Shown here in pieces: positions 50,078 to 64,000 of a stretch of DNA of 64,000 nt (its first letter is position 1; each line of letters starts with the position of its first letter). The stretch is from Podarcis bocagei. Taxonomy: Eukaryota. The notes under the pieces were generated by a model that was given only the letters and a program-made list of their open reading frames with translations, ran no database searches and was not told the origin of the DNA. Both the position numbers and the translations under genes were made by a program. Where the stretch lies: NCBI GenBank assembly GCA_964188305.1, contig OZ076900.1; one strand, written 5' to 3'.

Positions 50078-50745
50078 CTCTTATTGCATTCCAGTAGATG
50101 GTGCGACTCAGTCTAAGGCACCTTTCTGTGTTTTCCTATGGGAATCTCAGATCAAAAATGATCCCTGTTTAATCATCTCATGCTGTCCATGTTCTTCAGT
50201 GTTCACGGTCAGGAAAGTTTTCCTGACTGAAGGCCTGCCTTGCTTGCCAGTAGCAGGATGTTGTGCTAGCTGCGGCTTAGCAGGCCTGGGCCTCCGAAAT
50301 GTGTGTGAGGAAATACTCAAGTCTTAACACCCGACATCATAAGGGGTAATAACCTGACTGGCAGCCCATTAACGCCTTGTTATAAGCCCCTTGCTTATTC
50401 ACAAGAGAACACAAAACCACTAATGGAAACCAGAGACCACTTCAGCCTTAAGAATCTGTTAGGCACAGTACGGCTAATGCACAGTCCTGTTGTCAGGCTG
50501 GCTAGAAACCTCAAAGACAGAAAAAACAAGGGGATTCCCATCTTGATAATAATAATAATAATATTGTAGAAAAGGGTAACCAACCAAAATGACCAGAGGG
50601 CTGGAGCTCAGTTAGCGGCATATTATTTAATGAATAAATTCTCTGACACAACACCACTTAAGAAAGGGAATTAGACAAATATGATTGTGCAATTGAACTT
50701 TATAGTTGTCAGTAGATTAGAAGCCTATTTTGGCATCAGGGATAT

Positions 50746-50757
<12 letters not shown>

Positions 50758-50827
<70 letters not shown>
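50758..50827. repeat. Palindromic compound microsatellite tat(GT)16(AC)16ata
   Basis: Direct count; 70-bp perfect inverted repeat with no spacer. Confidence 0.9.
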
Positions 50828-50829
<2 letters not shown>

Positions 50830-51889
50830 TACATACACACACCAAAAAAAATACACAAACACATAGTAATGATAATAAGAAATATAAGCGCCCTCTTTGC
50901 ATTATCACTTATTGCAGGAGTGGGCAACCTCTTGTCTGCCAAAGACAACATCAAAGGCAGATTTAGGGGAGCATGACTGGTTCGGCTGCAACTATGATGT
51001 AGAATGGAATACGAGAGACAGGGGGTAACTGAATTTTGGCACTGCACAGGGCACGGCTAAATTTGAGGCCCTAAGGTCTGCCACGACAGCATTTGCAAGT
51101 GGAGGCAGCAGAAGGGCACTACTTGGAACTAGAAATGTCATGGATTTATTAATCTGGAATATAGATCAACGTGCTTCCTTTTTTACCCTGACTAGAATCC
51201 CCACTCTCCTTGGAAGCAAGCATCACTGCTTTAACTTTCAAATAAGCGTACAGAGGATTATTTATCTATTTAAATTACAACTAGCCTACCATTCTGGAGA
51301 ACGAGTGAAAGGAGTTTTATTCTAACTTTAGTTCACTATACCCATTCACATGTGCACACATGGCAGAAGTATACCAATTTGTCCTCAAACTGGTAGTAAC
51401 TTTTTTTTTAACACCAGAGTAATTTATTTATATAGAATTTAAATCCCTCTGTTTGCCATGAATGGTCTTGAGGCGACTTTCAATGGTGCGCCACAATAAA
51501 AACACAATAGCAAAACAGCAGTAAGGCCACAAAGATAAAAGTAACAAAGCCAGTCAATAAACCTGCCAATATCCATTAGAAGGATTTCAGTTGTTTAAAA
51601 TGGGGGTTGAAAACCTATGGCCCTCCAGATGTTGCCAAAGTACAGCTTCCCTCTCCCTAGCCATTGGTCATGTTGAGTGGAGTTGATGGGAGTAAAGAGT
51701 TCAGTAACAGCCCTGACCTAGGCCTTGCTCTTTGGACTGAGCAGCAGAGGTCAATCTTTTCCGGGCCTCCACCACTGATATGTCTTGCCTCTTCCTCAGG
51801 GATGAGGAACCTGTGGCCTTCTAGATGTTGCTTGATTCCCATCCCTGAGCTAGAGACAAGCCAAGCCAATGGCAGAGGCCTGAACAAGA

Positions 51890-52143
51890 TTGAAGAAGAA
51901 GAAGAATTTGGATTTGATATCCCACTTTATCACTACCCTAAGGAGTCTCAAAGCGGCTAACAATCTCCTTTCCCTTCCTCCCCCACAACAAACACTCTGT
52001 GAGGTGAGTGAGGCTGAGAGTCTTCAGAGAAGTGTGACTAGCCCAAGGTCACCCAGCAGCTGCATGTGGAGGAGTGGGGAATCGAACCCGGTTCACCAGA
52101 TTACCAGTCCACCGCTCTTAACCACTAGACCACACTGGCTCTA
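51890..52143 (-). mobile_element. tRNA-derived SINE, fairly young
   Basis: Reverse complement agagccagtgtggtctagtggttaagagcggtggact...gggttcgattccc (A and B boxes), (ttc)n tail. Confidence 0.8.
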
Positions 52144-52546
52144 AGATTGATCTCTTTGTTGCTCAGGCTAAAGAGCAGGATTGATTGAGAAGCTTTTGTT
52201 GCAGGGGCGTGGAAACCTCTGGCCCTCCAGGTGTTGTTGGACGACAACTCCCATCAACATCAGCCAATGAGCACGGATGATGAGAGTTGTAGTCCAGTAA
52301 CATCTGAAGGGTGGTAAGGGGAATATGAGAGTTGCAGTCCAGCCACTGAGCCACAAGAGGGAGGTATCAGCATCCCCATGGGAACCCCAAAGTTTGCTGT
52401 AATACAGATTACACACAACACACAATCCCAAAATCTGAGGGGGCAACCCTTGAAAGAGAAAAAGCCAAGGTCAAATCACGCTCAATAACTACTGAATTTT
52501 GAATGGCAATTGGGAAAGAAAAGTGGGGTGTGGACAGAATGTAGTA

Positions 52547-52769
52547 TAGTGGTACCTCGGGTTAAGTACTTAATTCATTCCGGAGGTCTGTTCTTAACCT
52601 GAAACTGTTCTTAACCTGAAGCACCACTTTAACTAATGGGGCCTCCTGCCGCCGTGTCGCCGGAGCACAATTTCTGTTCTCATCGTGAAGCAAAGTTCTT
52701 AACCTGAGGTACTATTTATGGGTTAGAGGAGTCTGTAACCTGAAGCGTATGTAACCCGAAGTACCACTG
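52547..52769. mobile_element. Tc1/mariner MITE (family of 1707-1927)
   Basis: TIRs .agtggtacctcgggtta / taacccgaagtaccactg, TA TSD. Confidence 0.85.
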
Positions 52770-55343
52770 TATCCTGCAACAGTGCATAGAGGGCTGGGCA
52801 GCAGCACGTCCTCTTTCACGGCAAAAAAATTACACTGCAACATTTTGTTGCAGATCCCACCCCTTGTTACTTCTCTAGTAACCATAACCTTGCACGTTTC
52901 TAAGAGCAGACACAGTTATTACCTTATGTAGAACAACCAAACGGGAATGCTTGCAAAATCAAGATTTGTTGTGTGCATGCGTGCGTGTTTTTAAAGTGAG
53001 AGCTATTTTATAACATATACAAAGGGAGAATTATTTTGCTGTCAGCATATCCTGGTTTCCAAAGTATCGGAGTATTTATCCTAGCGGAACATGCTATTGG
53101 CTGGCTGCTTCCCCGAGTTTCTGTTAAGTTCATTCATAAGATGGCAGTCAATGCAATTCTATTTCATGATGACAGTCATTAGTCACTGAACCAGAAACCT
53201 TTCTTAGTACCGGCTGAGTTAGCCAAATGTTTATCTAGGTTCCTTAACGGCAGGATTTGTTGATCTTCTACAGTGCAAAACTATTAGCTTGTAGTATCAG
53301 CATCAACTGGTGAAAATCTAATAGAAAGTGTGAAGCAGGGGGTGAGAGAGACGCAATGTATGAATAATTTTTATGGGAATGTCATGGCCCTTTAGAAAAA
53401 TGTCATACACTGTTCCACCCCCCCTTTGCTATTTAATTGCAATGTCATAGTAACAGAAAGCAGCATACCCAATTCTGCACGGCTGAATAAGCGCATTCAA
53501 TAAAGAAGATTTAACAGAGTAAATCAAACACTGGATTAAACATTTTCTGCATAACAGACCACAAAATGGGCATTCATTTTACCAATAGATCCTCTGCATT
53601 AGAAACAAATAGAAGTGCCCACCGACATAATTAAACAGCACATTCAATGGCGTGATTGAAGAATATCCTTATATTTTATTGAACAAGCACCCCAGTCAAT
53701 TACAATTGCCGAAACCTATTCAAGAATGAGCAAGATTAAATGCAAAATGCAGCCATTTGCATTCAATAAATTAATTTGTTTTCTTTTGTACATTTTTAAT
53801 CGGCAAAAGTTGGGAATCATTTGTAATCCGTGGATGGCATTTTAACAAATGAGCCATTTAAGTGCAATTAATTAATATGTATGGAGGAGGGGGGGTGAGA
53901 GAAATAATAAAACATGCAAATCTGGATTTAGTATTCCATTTTTTAAATTCTTCTTACATTCAGAAGCAGCTCCCTTTAAAAGTGATTTCCCATTACTGCA
54001 ATGGCTTTGAGCAAACTACAGGGATCATACGGGCAGGGGGAAATCACAGAACACATTTTTTTGGGCTAGCCTTCCAGTTCTCACACTAATAAATGTCTGT
54101 TTGTCGCCATTGTTAAAAGGAAGTAATATTTGGGACTCAGCATTCCCGTGCCTCATATGACTATAAATTAGTTGAATATTTTTATTTCCATTTCACTATG
54201 AGACAAAAGTTGCACAGTGGCCCAGGTGACTTTTGCAAATGCAGTTTTGGAGAATACTTCACCAGTTTCACTGTTGTCCACTGGTAGTTGAAAACATAGA
54301 TTGACAGTGCAATCCTGTTTACTCAGACATAAGATCAACTAGGTTCAGTGCAGCTTACTTTCTAACAAGTGCGTGTGTGTAGGATTATAGTCTATTTTTT
54401 AAAAAATTAAAATACTATAATTAAATGCACATTTGAAAATCAACACAACCCACATAAAAGCCTGTACCAAGTCAGCTATTGTTCTCAGACAATAAGGCAG
54501 GAAAACCTACTCACACACTTTAAAATTCATAGGCCACATTGTACTATTTAACTTAGGGTTGGCAACCCATTGTAAATCTTCCAGTTGGTTAGTGCTCTTG
54601 CTTTCAACCAGTTGATGAATCAGACTGCAACATTCCAATTAATGGTTGATGCGGGTTTTTGTTTTTGCTTTTAAATTAATCTCCAGACTGTAGGTGATAC
54701 TTCGGCACAAAAGTGTCACGCTGAAACACACGCAAACACACCCATCCCACTCATTGCTCAGTGAAAGGAAAGCCCTCTTTATTACTTTCGATAGACGTGT
54801 GAAACAGGCAAACACCATGACCCTCTTCACTTTGTGAGTTTAGCTGATGATTTATGAGACAGCGCGAGGTGACAGGGCTAACTATGACTCTATTCTTCCC
54901 ATCAGCTGGTGGTCTTCAACCACAATATAAAACACACCAGCTAGTTAATATCGGCACAGACAAAAGACAGCACTACTGATGTGCCTGGGATGTGCATTGT
55001 TTTGCATGGCTGAGGCCTGCAGTCATGCAAAGGCAACTTGGGAAAACGCTAAGAGGATCCTGCATCCTAAAGTCTCTCCTCTATCTGCTGTATATTAAAC
55101 AGACCAAGTTTATTTTTTAAAAGGTGAGAATACTTAAGGATGTTGAAAGAGACGAGGGATAGGGATCTGTAGCTTGTGGGATAGATTGGATTACTGCAAT
55201 GCCTTCTATGACTGAGACCCTTTCTGCATCTAACACCTCTGCTCAGAGATCTACAATGGTTATCCATTCACTAATGGGCAAGTTCAATGTGTTACTATTA
55301 ATATATAAAGCCCTTAATAGCTTGAGTCCAGTTTTGCCATGTA

Positions 55344-55603
55344 CGGTCATACCTCGGGTTAAATATGCTTCGAGTTGCGCGCGTTCGAGTTGCGCTTCTT
55401 GGCAACCCGGAAGTAACAGAGCGCGTTAATTCCAGGTTTCGTCGCTTGAGCATGCGCAGACGCTCAAAATGATGTCACGCGCATGTGCAGAAGCGGCAAA
55501 AAGCGACACGCGCGTGCACAGACGCACCGTTGCTAGTTACATTTACCTCTAGATGCGAACAGGGCTCCAGAACGGATCCCGTTCGTATCTAGAGGTACCA
55601 CTG
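55344..55603. mobile_element. Tc1/mariner MITE inserted in an old L2 fragment (~55260-55940)
   Basis: TA-cggtcatacctc ... gaggtaccactg-TA; flanks read as decayed FNVLLLIYKALNSL L2 sequence. Confidence 0.75.
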
Positions 55604-57162
55604 TATATGCCCAGTCAACTACTTCAGTCTGCAAAAGTGACACAGTTACAGGTGCTGAATAATACTTGTCCTATAGCAGCACCCCACAGTTGGAACTCCT
55701 CGCTTATTGACATCAGGCAGGTGTCTTCACTGTATTCTGCTTAAAACATTTTGTTTAGACAAGACTATCCAGACGTGCTGACGTTTACATGTGTCTTATC
55801 ACTTTCTAGGTGTTGTTGGTTTTATGTTTTCTAAATGTCAGTTTTCACTGATTTTTAATTGGGAACTTAAAGTTTTTATTATATATATTTTTGTAAACTG
55901 CTTTTCTTACAACCAAGCAGTATACACATGTACTTAAATAAATAAGTTAAAATTAAACTCAATCATCATCTACAGGTGGCAGATTGTGTAGTTTTGTTGA
56001 TGCTCTGGTTCCAGGGCAGGTAGGCATGGAGGGGAGGGCTGGGCCTTTTCAGCAACTTCCCCTGGGGACAGGTTGCTCAGAATGAGGAGCTGACTACAAT
56101 GAAGGCAATTTATAGGGTCTGGTGAGTCATAAGAACATAAGAAGGGTCCTGCTGGATCAGGCCAAAGGCCCATCTAATCCAACCTTCTGTTCTCAGAGTG
56201 GTCAACCACTCTGAGGGAAGTCCAGATGGGCCCAACCGCAACAGCACCTTCCACAACTGTGATTCCCAGCAAATCATCTTCAGAGACCTACTGCCTCCAA
56301 CACTGAAGATAGAACGTAGTCATCATGGCGAGAAGCTACTGATAGCCTCCATGATTCCATGTGGAGTCAGCTGACAATCAGAAAACTGTCTAGCAGGCAC
56401 CCTTGATCCATGAGGTTTTTGCTGAAAAGCCAGAGCAAGGGTGGCACAAGAAACAAGGCACTGGTCGCTACAGGTCCTGGTTTGAGACCCACCTCTCCCT
56501 GTGCCTTACATCACTGGCTCGTTCAATGTATCTCTTCTCACAACAGGGCCAGCTGCTGATCTCAGCAAACCTGTGGGCTATGCAGTATATTTCTGTTTCT
56601 CTTGGTATAATTGACAGCTCAGCCTGGCCCTTTTCTGTCCTACTAGTCACCTTATCCACATATTACTATTCCACACCATCTTTTCATCGCGAAGCCAGTG
56701 TGTTTTTGCAATGACATTTCCCTTCAGAAATGGCAGGGAAGGAAGCCACAGACAGAAAATGAAATTGTCTGAGAAGTGTGGCGTTCTTCAGAGGGCATGT
56801 AAAAGTTGGGCCATAAATCAAGATTTGTGAACAGGGATAATTCACAGATCTTGATTTATTAGGATAAGTATTGCTGTACTATTAATAAGTATTACTCTAC
56901 TATTTTATTCCATTTTCAATGACAGATTGAAATATCTCAGAAATGTTTGAATCAGTTGCACTGGTGCTGGCAACGGGGGTAAGCCAGAGCGGGCGGCAGA
57001 GGCCAGGCTGCTCTTGAGATGTCTGTGTGAGAGAAAATTGTTTTGGAAGCAGGGTAAAAGGAAGCACAATTGATTGGTGTTTTCTCTCCTATCACTTCTA
57101 TATCTGACGGCCTTTGGGAGTGCCAGTGTAATATGGTGGGAATTCTTTAAAAAAATAAAATA

Positions 57163-57422
57163 CTGTATTTTTTGCTCTATAAGACTCACTTTTTCCCTCC
57201 TAAAAAGTAAGGGAAAATGTGTGTGCGTCTTATGGAGCGAATGCAGGCCGCGCAGCTATCCCAGAAGCCAGAACAGCAAGAGGGATCGCTGCTTTCACTG
57301 CACAGCGATCCCTCTTGTTGTTCTGGCTTCTGAGATTCAGAATATTTCCCCCCCTTCTTTTCCTCCTCCAAAAACTAGGTGTGTCTTATGGTCTGGTGCG
57401 TCTTATAGAGCAAAAAATACGG
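57163..57422. mobile_element. Tc2/Tigger-type MITE
   Basis: TIR c.gtattttttgctctataagac ... gtcttatagagcaaaaaatacgg, TA TSD. Confidence 0.85.
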
Positions 57423-59649
57423 TACATAGGGTTGCCATATTTCAAAAAGTAAAATTCCTAAAATTTAGGAAACCACCAAAATTGTTGAGCTTTTTAAGGA
57501 AAATTTCCCCCCAAAATAGTGATTTTAAGATGTTTCTGCTGCTTTTTCCATTTTGTCAATTCAGCAAAACTCCCCCTGATGCCATTTTCACACCTGAAAA
57601 CAGGACACATCAGGAATTTTCCTGACGTATGGCAAGCCTAACTGATTGCTCCAGGGCCAAGAAACAGCAGCACTCTTCAGACATTCTTAGCCCTTATCAA
57701 CTCAGCTGCTTACTGTGGTGCTCTGTGAAAGAGCTTCTCCTTCAGATTCTGAAATTATCCTAAGCCTGATCCACAGTACTTCAGAACAAGGCTTTTAGTG
57801 CTCCCTGGGATAGTATTCCTGTCAAGCTACTACAGGTGCTCACTATCTGCATTTTCCTGAAACAATTGAAGACAATTGTTCCAACAAGCTTTCTCAGCTG
57901 GAGAAATAGGTCTCTACCATGGCTGTCTACTTGTTCTTTTTTAAAAAAAATTATTGGACATTATTTTCTTTGTTGTTTTTATTGAATTTTGCATGTTACC
58001 TTGAGGCATGTGTGTAAAACAGGATATAATAATGATTATAATAATGATGGAGAAGCTGGAAAGTTATTTTTTTAAAGGAACTAGTTACATATCATATTTA
58101 ACATAATCCAAAGCGGATCTAATTCCAATTCACTTCATTCAGTTCACATTCGGTTCAAGTTCATCCAAATAATTATTGGCAAATGAGAATGTTATGAGCT
58201 GCTGTGCTGAAGTATAAAATATACTTAAGAAGACTTAAATATCAACACTGAGAGTGGAATGAGAATTGTTTAATTTATTTCTCCCAGCCATTATGATATT
58301 GAAGCTTAAAGACTCAAAGACTCTAAAGAGTAAAAAAAAAAACACATGTAAGAGAATGAACTTGAAGATGAACCAGAAATCATTCAAAGTTCTACCCACC
58401 AAACAAACTTAATTCATGTTCAGTTTACTTGGCAATGGTGGGAACTGCTTTCATGTGAATCAGAGATTCTTGAACCAATTCAATACAATTTGTTGAGCCA
58501 TACTAGTTCATTCCAAGCCAGGGGTGCGAACTTGGATACAATATTGGGAGAGGGAGTTATTCCCTGCCCTGCATAATTGACCACAAGATGTGTACATGCA
58601 CACCATTTGAATGGCCATGCCCATCAAAAAATTATTTTGGGGGGGTGAAGGGACCTTGGCCCTTAGGAATTGGCTCCTGCGTTCCAAACACTAGTTCTAC
58701 CCACATTATTGCCATGACGCAAGGGGAAGAGCATGATTTGTGGGCCCCACCCTTCCCTCACATCCCCATTGCCACTCCCACAGCCCTTCACACATTGGGG
58801 GCTGAACCTCTGCAATAGGAAGTCTGCTTTACTTGTTTAGGTTCTATTTTGATGTGAGTATTGACCTCAGCAAAGGTGAGGCTAGGGTACCTTGAACAGC
58901 TTTGTGAAGCGTTCAGACTAAACACCACATGACTGCAGAGCTCAGACACCGCTTCAGCAACAGTTCCTCTCTGTCTCAGTAGGGGGCAGCCTTCTCCATC
59001 AGCTTCTTTTGTCCTACAGAGAAGGAGAGATTCTGGCTGTGCTGGTGCTTCTAAGATGGACTCCTCTGAGCCCATCTATTCCAGCTATAAAAACAGTTAC
59101 ACACTTTGATTCTTAATGCAACATGATTTACATACCACCTGATTGCAAAAGAAGCCCACCCCAAAACCCAATGACCACCCTCTAAGTGGTTTACAGAAAT
59201 ATAAAATAAAATACTAAATGTATTGATAAAAAAAGTTGATACTGATATTTAAAATTTCAAAAAGTGATAAAACACATGTAACTTCTGCATGTCTACATAG
59301 CTTTGCCTAAAAATATTTTAAGCATATTTTTTATGGATACTGTTTTTATTGATGATTTTAATATTTCTGGTAAGCCGTTTTATTACGATCAAGTGGTATA
59401 TAAATGTTGTTAAATAAAAACAAAATAAATATGTAAAAACAATTTCAAATCCAATCCAGATTCACCTACAGATTTTAGTTTAAAAGGCTTGTTGAAAAAG
59501 GAAGCACCCAAAAAGACAACAGAGATGGAGCCCATCTGATACGGAAAGGGAGGGAGCAGGTGCAGCAACTCTAGAGCCCTTATTCCTACCTCATATGGAA
59601 TGGATCTCCTGAAAGGGTGGTATCTGTGGGATGCCCTCTCCTGGAGCGA

Positions 59650-60214
59650 TGAATTTGGGGATACAGTATAGGCAAACTAGCAAGCACTGAACTAGTTAGT
59701 GCATGAAGGGGTAAAAGATCACAGAGTTGTATTGCTAGATAGACTCAGCTAGGTTACGCCCCCTCTCAGGGAGGAAGTGAAGCTTACTTCTTTTCTCTTT
59801 GACTGTCTCTTGCTCTCCATCCTGTAATCCACCAAGCAGGACATGTGTAAGCTTTCTCCCAAGCTTACAGCATGTGTTTGGAACTATATTCTGTACTTTC
59901 TACCCCACAGTATTTTGCTTGTGTTATGCTGGCTGCTCCATGGAACAATGCGTGACTGAGACCTTGAATCTGTAAGTAAAGCCTTTTGAACTTACTTAAC
60001 AGTGTGCAATCTTCTCATTGTAAGAGGGGTAAAAAGAGGTCAACTGCTGTGTGCAGCTGAATGGGATAAGACGGATCTAACAACCTATAGTCCTAGTGCT
60101 TCGCTGTGCTGCATATTTTTGTGCATTTAATACTCTGTCTGGAACTGTCTGTGTGCAAGTCCTTCAATTTGAATCCAGGCACCCAGTTGTTTCCCTTTGT
60201 TTTTCACCCACACA
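59650..60214 (+). mobile_element. Possible solo LTR
   Basis: ~560-bp block starting tg and ending ca, interrupting an L2-like tail, with an agtaaa signal near 59975; no TSD found. Confidence 0.3.
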
Positions 60215-61988
60215 TGTGGGTCCACAGGATTCATATATTTAATTCCCCACAGTTTTGGTACTGCCTAACTCTGTGGCAAATATAGAGAGGAAGATAGGAA
60301 GATATATTTCTGATGCATACTTCATATGAAGCAAACATTTTCAAAACACACAGGTCCATCTTGTTAAGTGTAGAGTGGGGTATATGGCTAATGTATAATT
60401 TATGACAACTGTGGTGTGAAATGTGTAAAGCTACAGATTTTAAGTTGTGGAACTCAGTATTCTTATTCTTCTTGCACTGTTGTGCCTAGGAATAAAAACT
60501 ATGAGGCATCAGCTGCATGTCAGCAGAAGGCAGCTCATAAAATGCCAGCCCTTGAAAAGAAAACCTTTTGCTTAGAAAATTCTAACACAAGGAAGGGGGT
60601 TGAAGGAGAAAAGCTGAGAATTTGTTAATCTGAAAAAGTTATGAAACTGCTAAAAAGCTCCTTCAGAAAACGCACCATAAATATCATCATACAATTAAAA
60701 AAGGTTTAAGGTGATCCATAAAGTTGAGTGAATTGATGTCTCTCATATGCAGTATTTTAACTTAGGCTTCAAGAGAGAAACCATAAACAAAAAGCTATAA
60801 AGGCATCAGAAGAAATGGGTTCTTGCAAGCTCAGATTCTTGGGAAGAAGCTTATGTTAGAGCCAGAATAGTACAGTAGATTTTGTACTGACGTGTGGGTA
60901 TGCGGGTTGAAAATACTTGTCCCTTGTATGTGGAAAATGCAAGTGCCACCAGCACAGGACTTTGGGCACCGCTCAACAAAATGCACAGGAGGGCTAAAAA
61001 AAGGTGATGTGATACACACTACCATTTAAGCAAGACCATTAATTCCAGAGTCTTACATTGCCTATCTGTATCACTGCACAGGAGTTTGGTCCTTTGCCAG
61101 GGACTGCTTCTGCATATTTCTCTACAAAAAGCGGTTGTTTAAATGAGCATAGGTCGTTCACAGCAGACTGCAAGCACAGGGATTTTGTGCTCAAGTTTGC
61201 CTAACATGCTTCCATTCCATGGTCTTCTACTTATTCTTTGGACATCTCAGATCGGGCTGCAGTCTAATACCAACTTCCCTGAGGATAAGCCCCATTGAAA
61301 GCAATGGGAAGATATTGCTGGCACCCCACAGCTGCCCCTCCTCTTGACATGTAGGACCTCCCTAACTATCTACATCAGCCTTTGCTAACCTGGTGCTGTC
61401 CAGATGTTTTGGACAGCAACTCCTATCAGCCCAAGCAAGCACAGTGCTGGCTGGGGCTGATGGGAGTTGTACTCTAAAATGTCTGGAGTGCACCAAGTTG
61501 GAAAAGGCTGCTCTGCATTTTTGTTAGAAGCAGCTGTGTGTGGAGATGAAGGAGACCCACTTTGGATCAGGACTGTGTATTGGGGGAAAGTTTGTTAAGG
61601 ATGCTGAAAGGCATTAAGGCAACCCTGTATCGGGAATTTTTTAATGTCTAATGTTTTAATGTCTAATGTTTTACCATTTTTTATGTGCTGTAAGCCACCC
61701 AGAGTGGTGGGATATAAATGATAACGTTGTTGTTGTTATGAGACCCATAGTAAACCACAGTCCCCTCGATTCTATGGGGGAGGCCGTTACTGTTAAAGTG
61801 GCATAAGGTTGCATTAAATGTATGGTTGTTGATGTGAGTCTAGACCAGTGCATGGCTTCCCCCAAATATTCCTGGGAACAATAATTTGTTAATGGTGCTG
61901 GGAACTGTAGTTCAGCGAGAAGTAAATTCTAGCTCCAGGATTGTTTGGGGAAATCCATGTGCATTAAATGCATGGTATAGGTGTGATC

Positions 61989-62323
61989 GGGACATGGGTG
62001 GCGCTGTGGGTTAAACCACAGAGCCGAGGACTTGCCGATTGGAAGGTTGGAGGTTCGAATCCCCATGACGGGGTGAGCTGCCGTTGCTCGGTCCCACCTA
62101 GCAGTTCGAAAGCACGTCAAAGTGCAAGTAGATAAATAGGTACCGCTCCGGCGGGAAGGTAAACGGTGTTTCCGTGCGCTGCTCTGGTTCGCCAGAAGTG
62201 GCTTAGTCATGCTGGCCACATGACCCGGAAGCTGTACACTGGCTCCCTCAGCCAATAAAGCGAGATGAGTGCCACAACCCCAGAGTCGGCCACGACTGGA
62301 CCTAATGGTCCCTTTACCTTTAG
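61989..62323 (+). mobile_element. Sauria SINE
   Basis: Same family as 33231-33585; (acctt) tail; 10-bp TSD aggtgtgatc at 61979-61988 and 62324-62333. Confidence 0.9.
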
Positions 62324-64000
62324 AGGTGTGATCACAGACACTGATATTATATGGTCACTGTTGTTCCTGACTTTAAAAAAGAAATGTTTCACATAACAGT
62401 TAGTGAAATGTGAATGAGTGGCTCAAGAAATGCATCTTCTCTATTGAAATTACCATCTTGTGCATGCTTACTTAAGAGCATGTCCCACTGAGCTCTGTGA
62501 AGCTGACTTCTGATTTGAAGTGCATGAGATTTATCTGATAGGGTTTTTTTTCTTCCTGTGCAGTGCAAAGTGTTTGTACTTTGACAGAACTGCTGAGACT
62601 TCCCTACTGCAGAAGTTAGATTTTTCAAGGCATGCTTTCAAAAGAGAGGGAGAGAGAGGGAGAGAGAGAGAGAGAAGAATGGGAAAGATTGCTTAAAATG
62701 GGCACAATCCTATTAAACAAGTGAAATCTTAATTTGTATTTGTATGAAATCAAATGGAGTGAATTATTTGGAGATGATTATAATTGTCATTGTCATCAAC
62801 ATAATCATCATCATTATTTTTTTGTAAGTCTAAGTGGCTGATGCAAGATGAATTATTTTAAAATATATATTCCCCCCACATGCCATTGTGATTCTCTCTT
62901 GTGGCAATGTGCTTGAAGCTGGTACTTGCTTTCTTCAGCCCCTGAACTTTTCACAATGTAGCTGTCATCTTTTAACAAGCATTTAAAAGGAAAGAGTCTA
63001 AGAATGGAAACTATGGTGTTGTTTGTAATTTTTAAAATATTTCCCCATTTTTTTAAAAAAATACACTTCATAGCTTCAATTCTGCACAGTTGGGAAACAA
63101 CAATGTAGAAGTAGGACCTGCAACAAAATGTTTAAGTATCATAGAATCACAGAATTGTAGAAATGGAGGGAACCACAAAGGTCTTCTAGTCCACCCCCCT
63201 GCAATGCAGGGATCTTTTTGTCCAAATGTGGGGCTCAAGCCTACAACCCTGAGATTGAGAGTCTCATGATTTGTTGTCTGGGGTTCCAGTCAGCCATGCC
63301 CCTTTTAAGGATACTCCATTTCATTCCTTCTCCTTGCACCCAACAGGCAGTTCGGATTCTGTGGCCTCTGGGCATGCTCAGTCCCCAATGGTCTGCTTTT
63401 GTTTCCCACATACAAGGGCTTCCGAGAAAACACATCATAGGAATGCTTGCAATAGGAACATAGATGATACGATTGCTGCTGCTATTAGTAATTGTTAGTT
63501 GTTCGTTCTTGTGCATTGTGTTGAATGGCACAGCATTGCCATTTGAATGGCAATGCCCAGTGCTTCTTTTCTGGGGGGACACAGGGGTACCTGTTCCCCA
63601 AAACATTCTGTGAATCTTTGTACTTTTGTCCATTTACTGTATTTATGTTCCCCGATTTGAACTATAAAATGGTGATTTTCTTGAATCAAAATGAGAGTAC
63701 TCCTAAACTTTTTTTTTTAGAAAAAAAGCACTGGCAATGCCCACCATCTTTTATGGGGGGGGGGCGTGGCGGTGAAGACTCCTCAGCCCCTAGGAGTTGG
63801 CTTCCATGGTCATGGCTTACCCCAAAGAATCCTGGGAAATGTAGTTTGTTAAGGATGCTGAGAAGAAGACCCTCAATTCTCTCCCCCTCCAAATGTTATG
63901 GGAGAGGGAGAAAGTGTCTCTATCCATTTTTTGCACACCATGCATAATTTTATAAACATCTATCATGTCACTTGCCTTTTCTCTAAGTGGTCTAAACCAC

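Noticed and set aside
50681-51047. CV/HT-repeat ORFs
   Set aside because: Translation of microsatellites.
52060-52143. tRNA gene (also at ~9500, ~21950, ~33240, ~62000)
   Set aside because: A and B boxes continue into SINE bodies with tails or TSDs; no complete cloverleaf.
57074-57625. 183-aa ORF
   Set aside because: Spans two adjacent MITEs.

Overview
Vertebrate genomic DNA from a squamate reptile. Sauria/Squam SINEs, L2, CR1, L1 and MITE families suggest a lacertid-type lizard (inference). The only host gene I can support is CHM (Rab escort protein 1, REP-1) on the minus strand. Coding exons 1-8 lie between 44695 and 14498 (1181 nt, all GT-AG, phases consistent), with a CpG-rich promoter at ~44.4-44.9 kb; exon 9 onward lies left of the window. 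The rest is intron and upstream intergenic DNA, dense in transposons, with several repeat-free blocks that look like conserved non-coding elements. The most striking structure is in CHM intron 8: a young, 5'-truncated Penelope-like retroelement (RT C-terminus plus GIY-YIG endonuclease, uninterrupted ORF). It has a ~424-bp inverted pseudo-LTR, a minimal hammerhead ribozyme motif in each arm, and equal (AT)29 tracts on both sides. Upstream of CHM are a ZNF143/THAP11-type motif, a 1.3-kb pogo-like deletion derivative, and a triple-nested L2>Tc1-MITE>hAT-MITE insertion carrying a 60-bp hairpin array. All family assignments are from motif recognition; no database searches were run.
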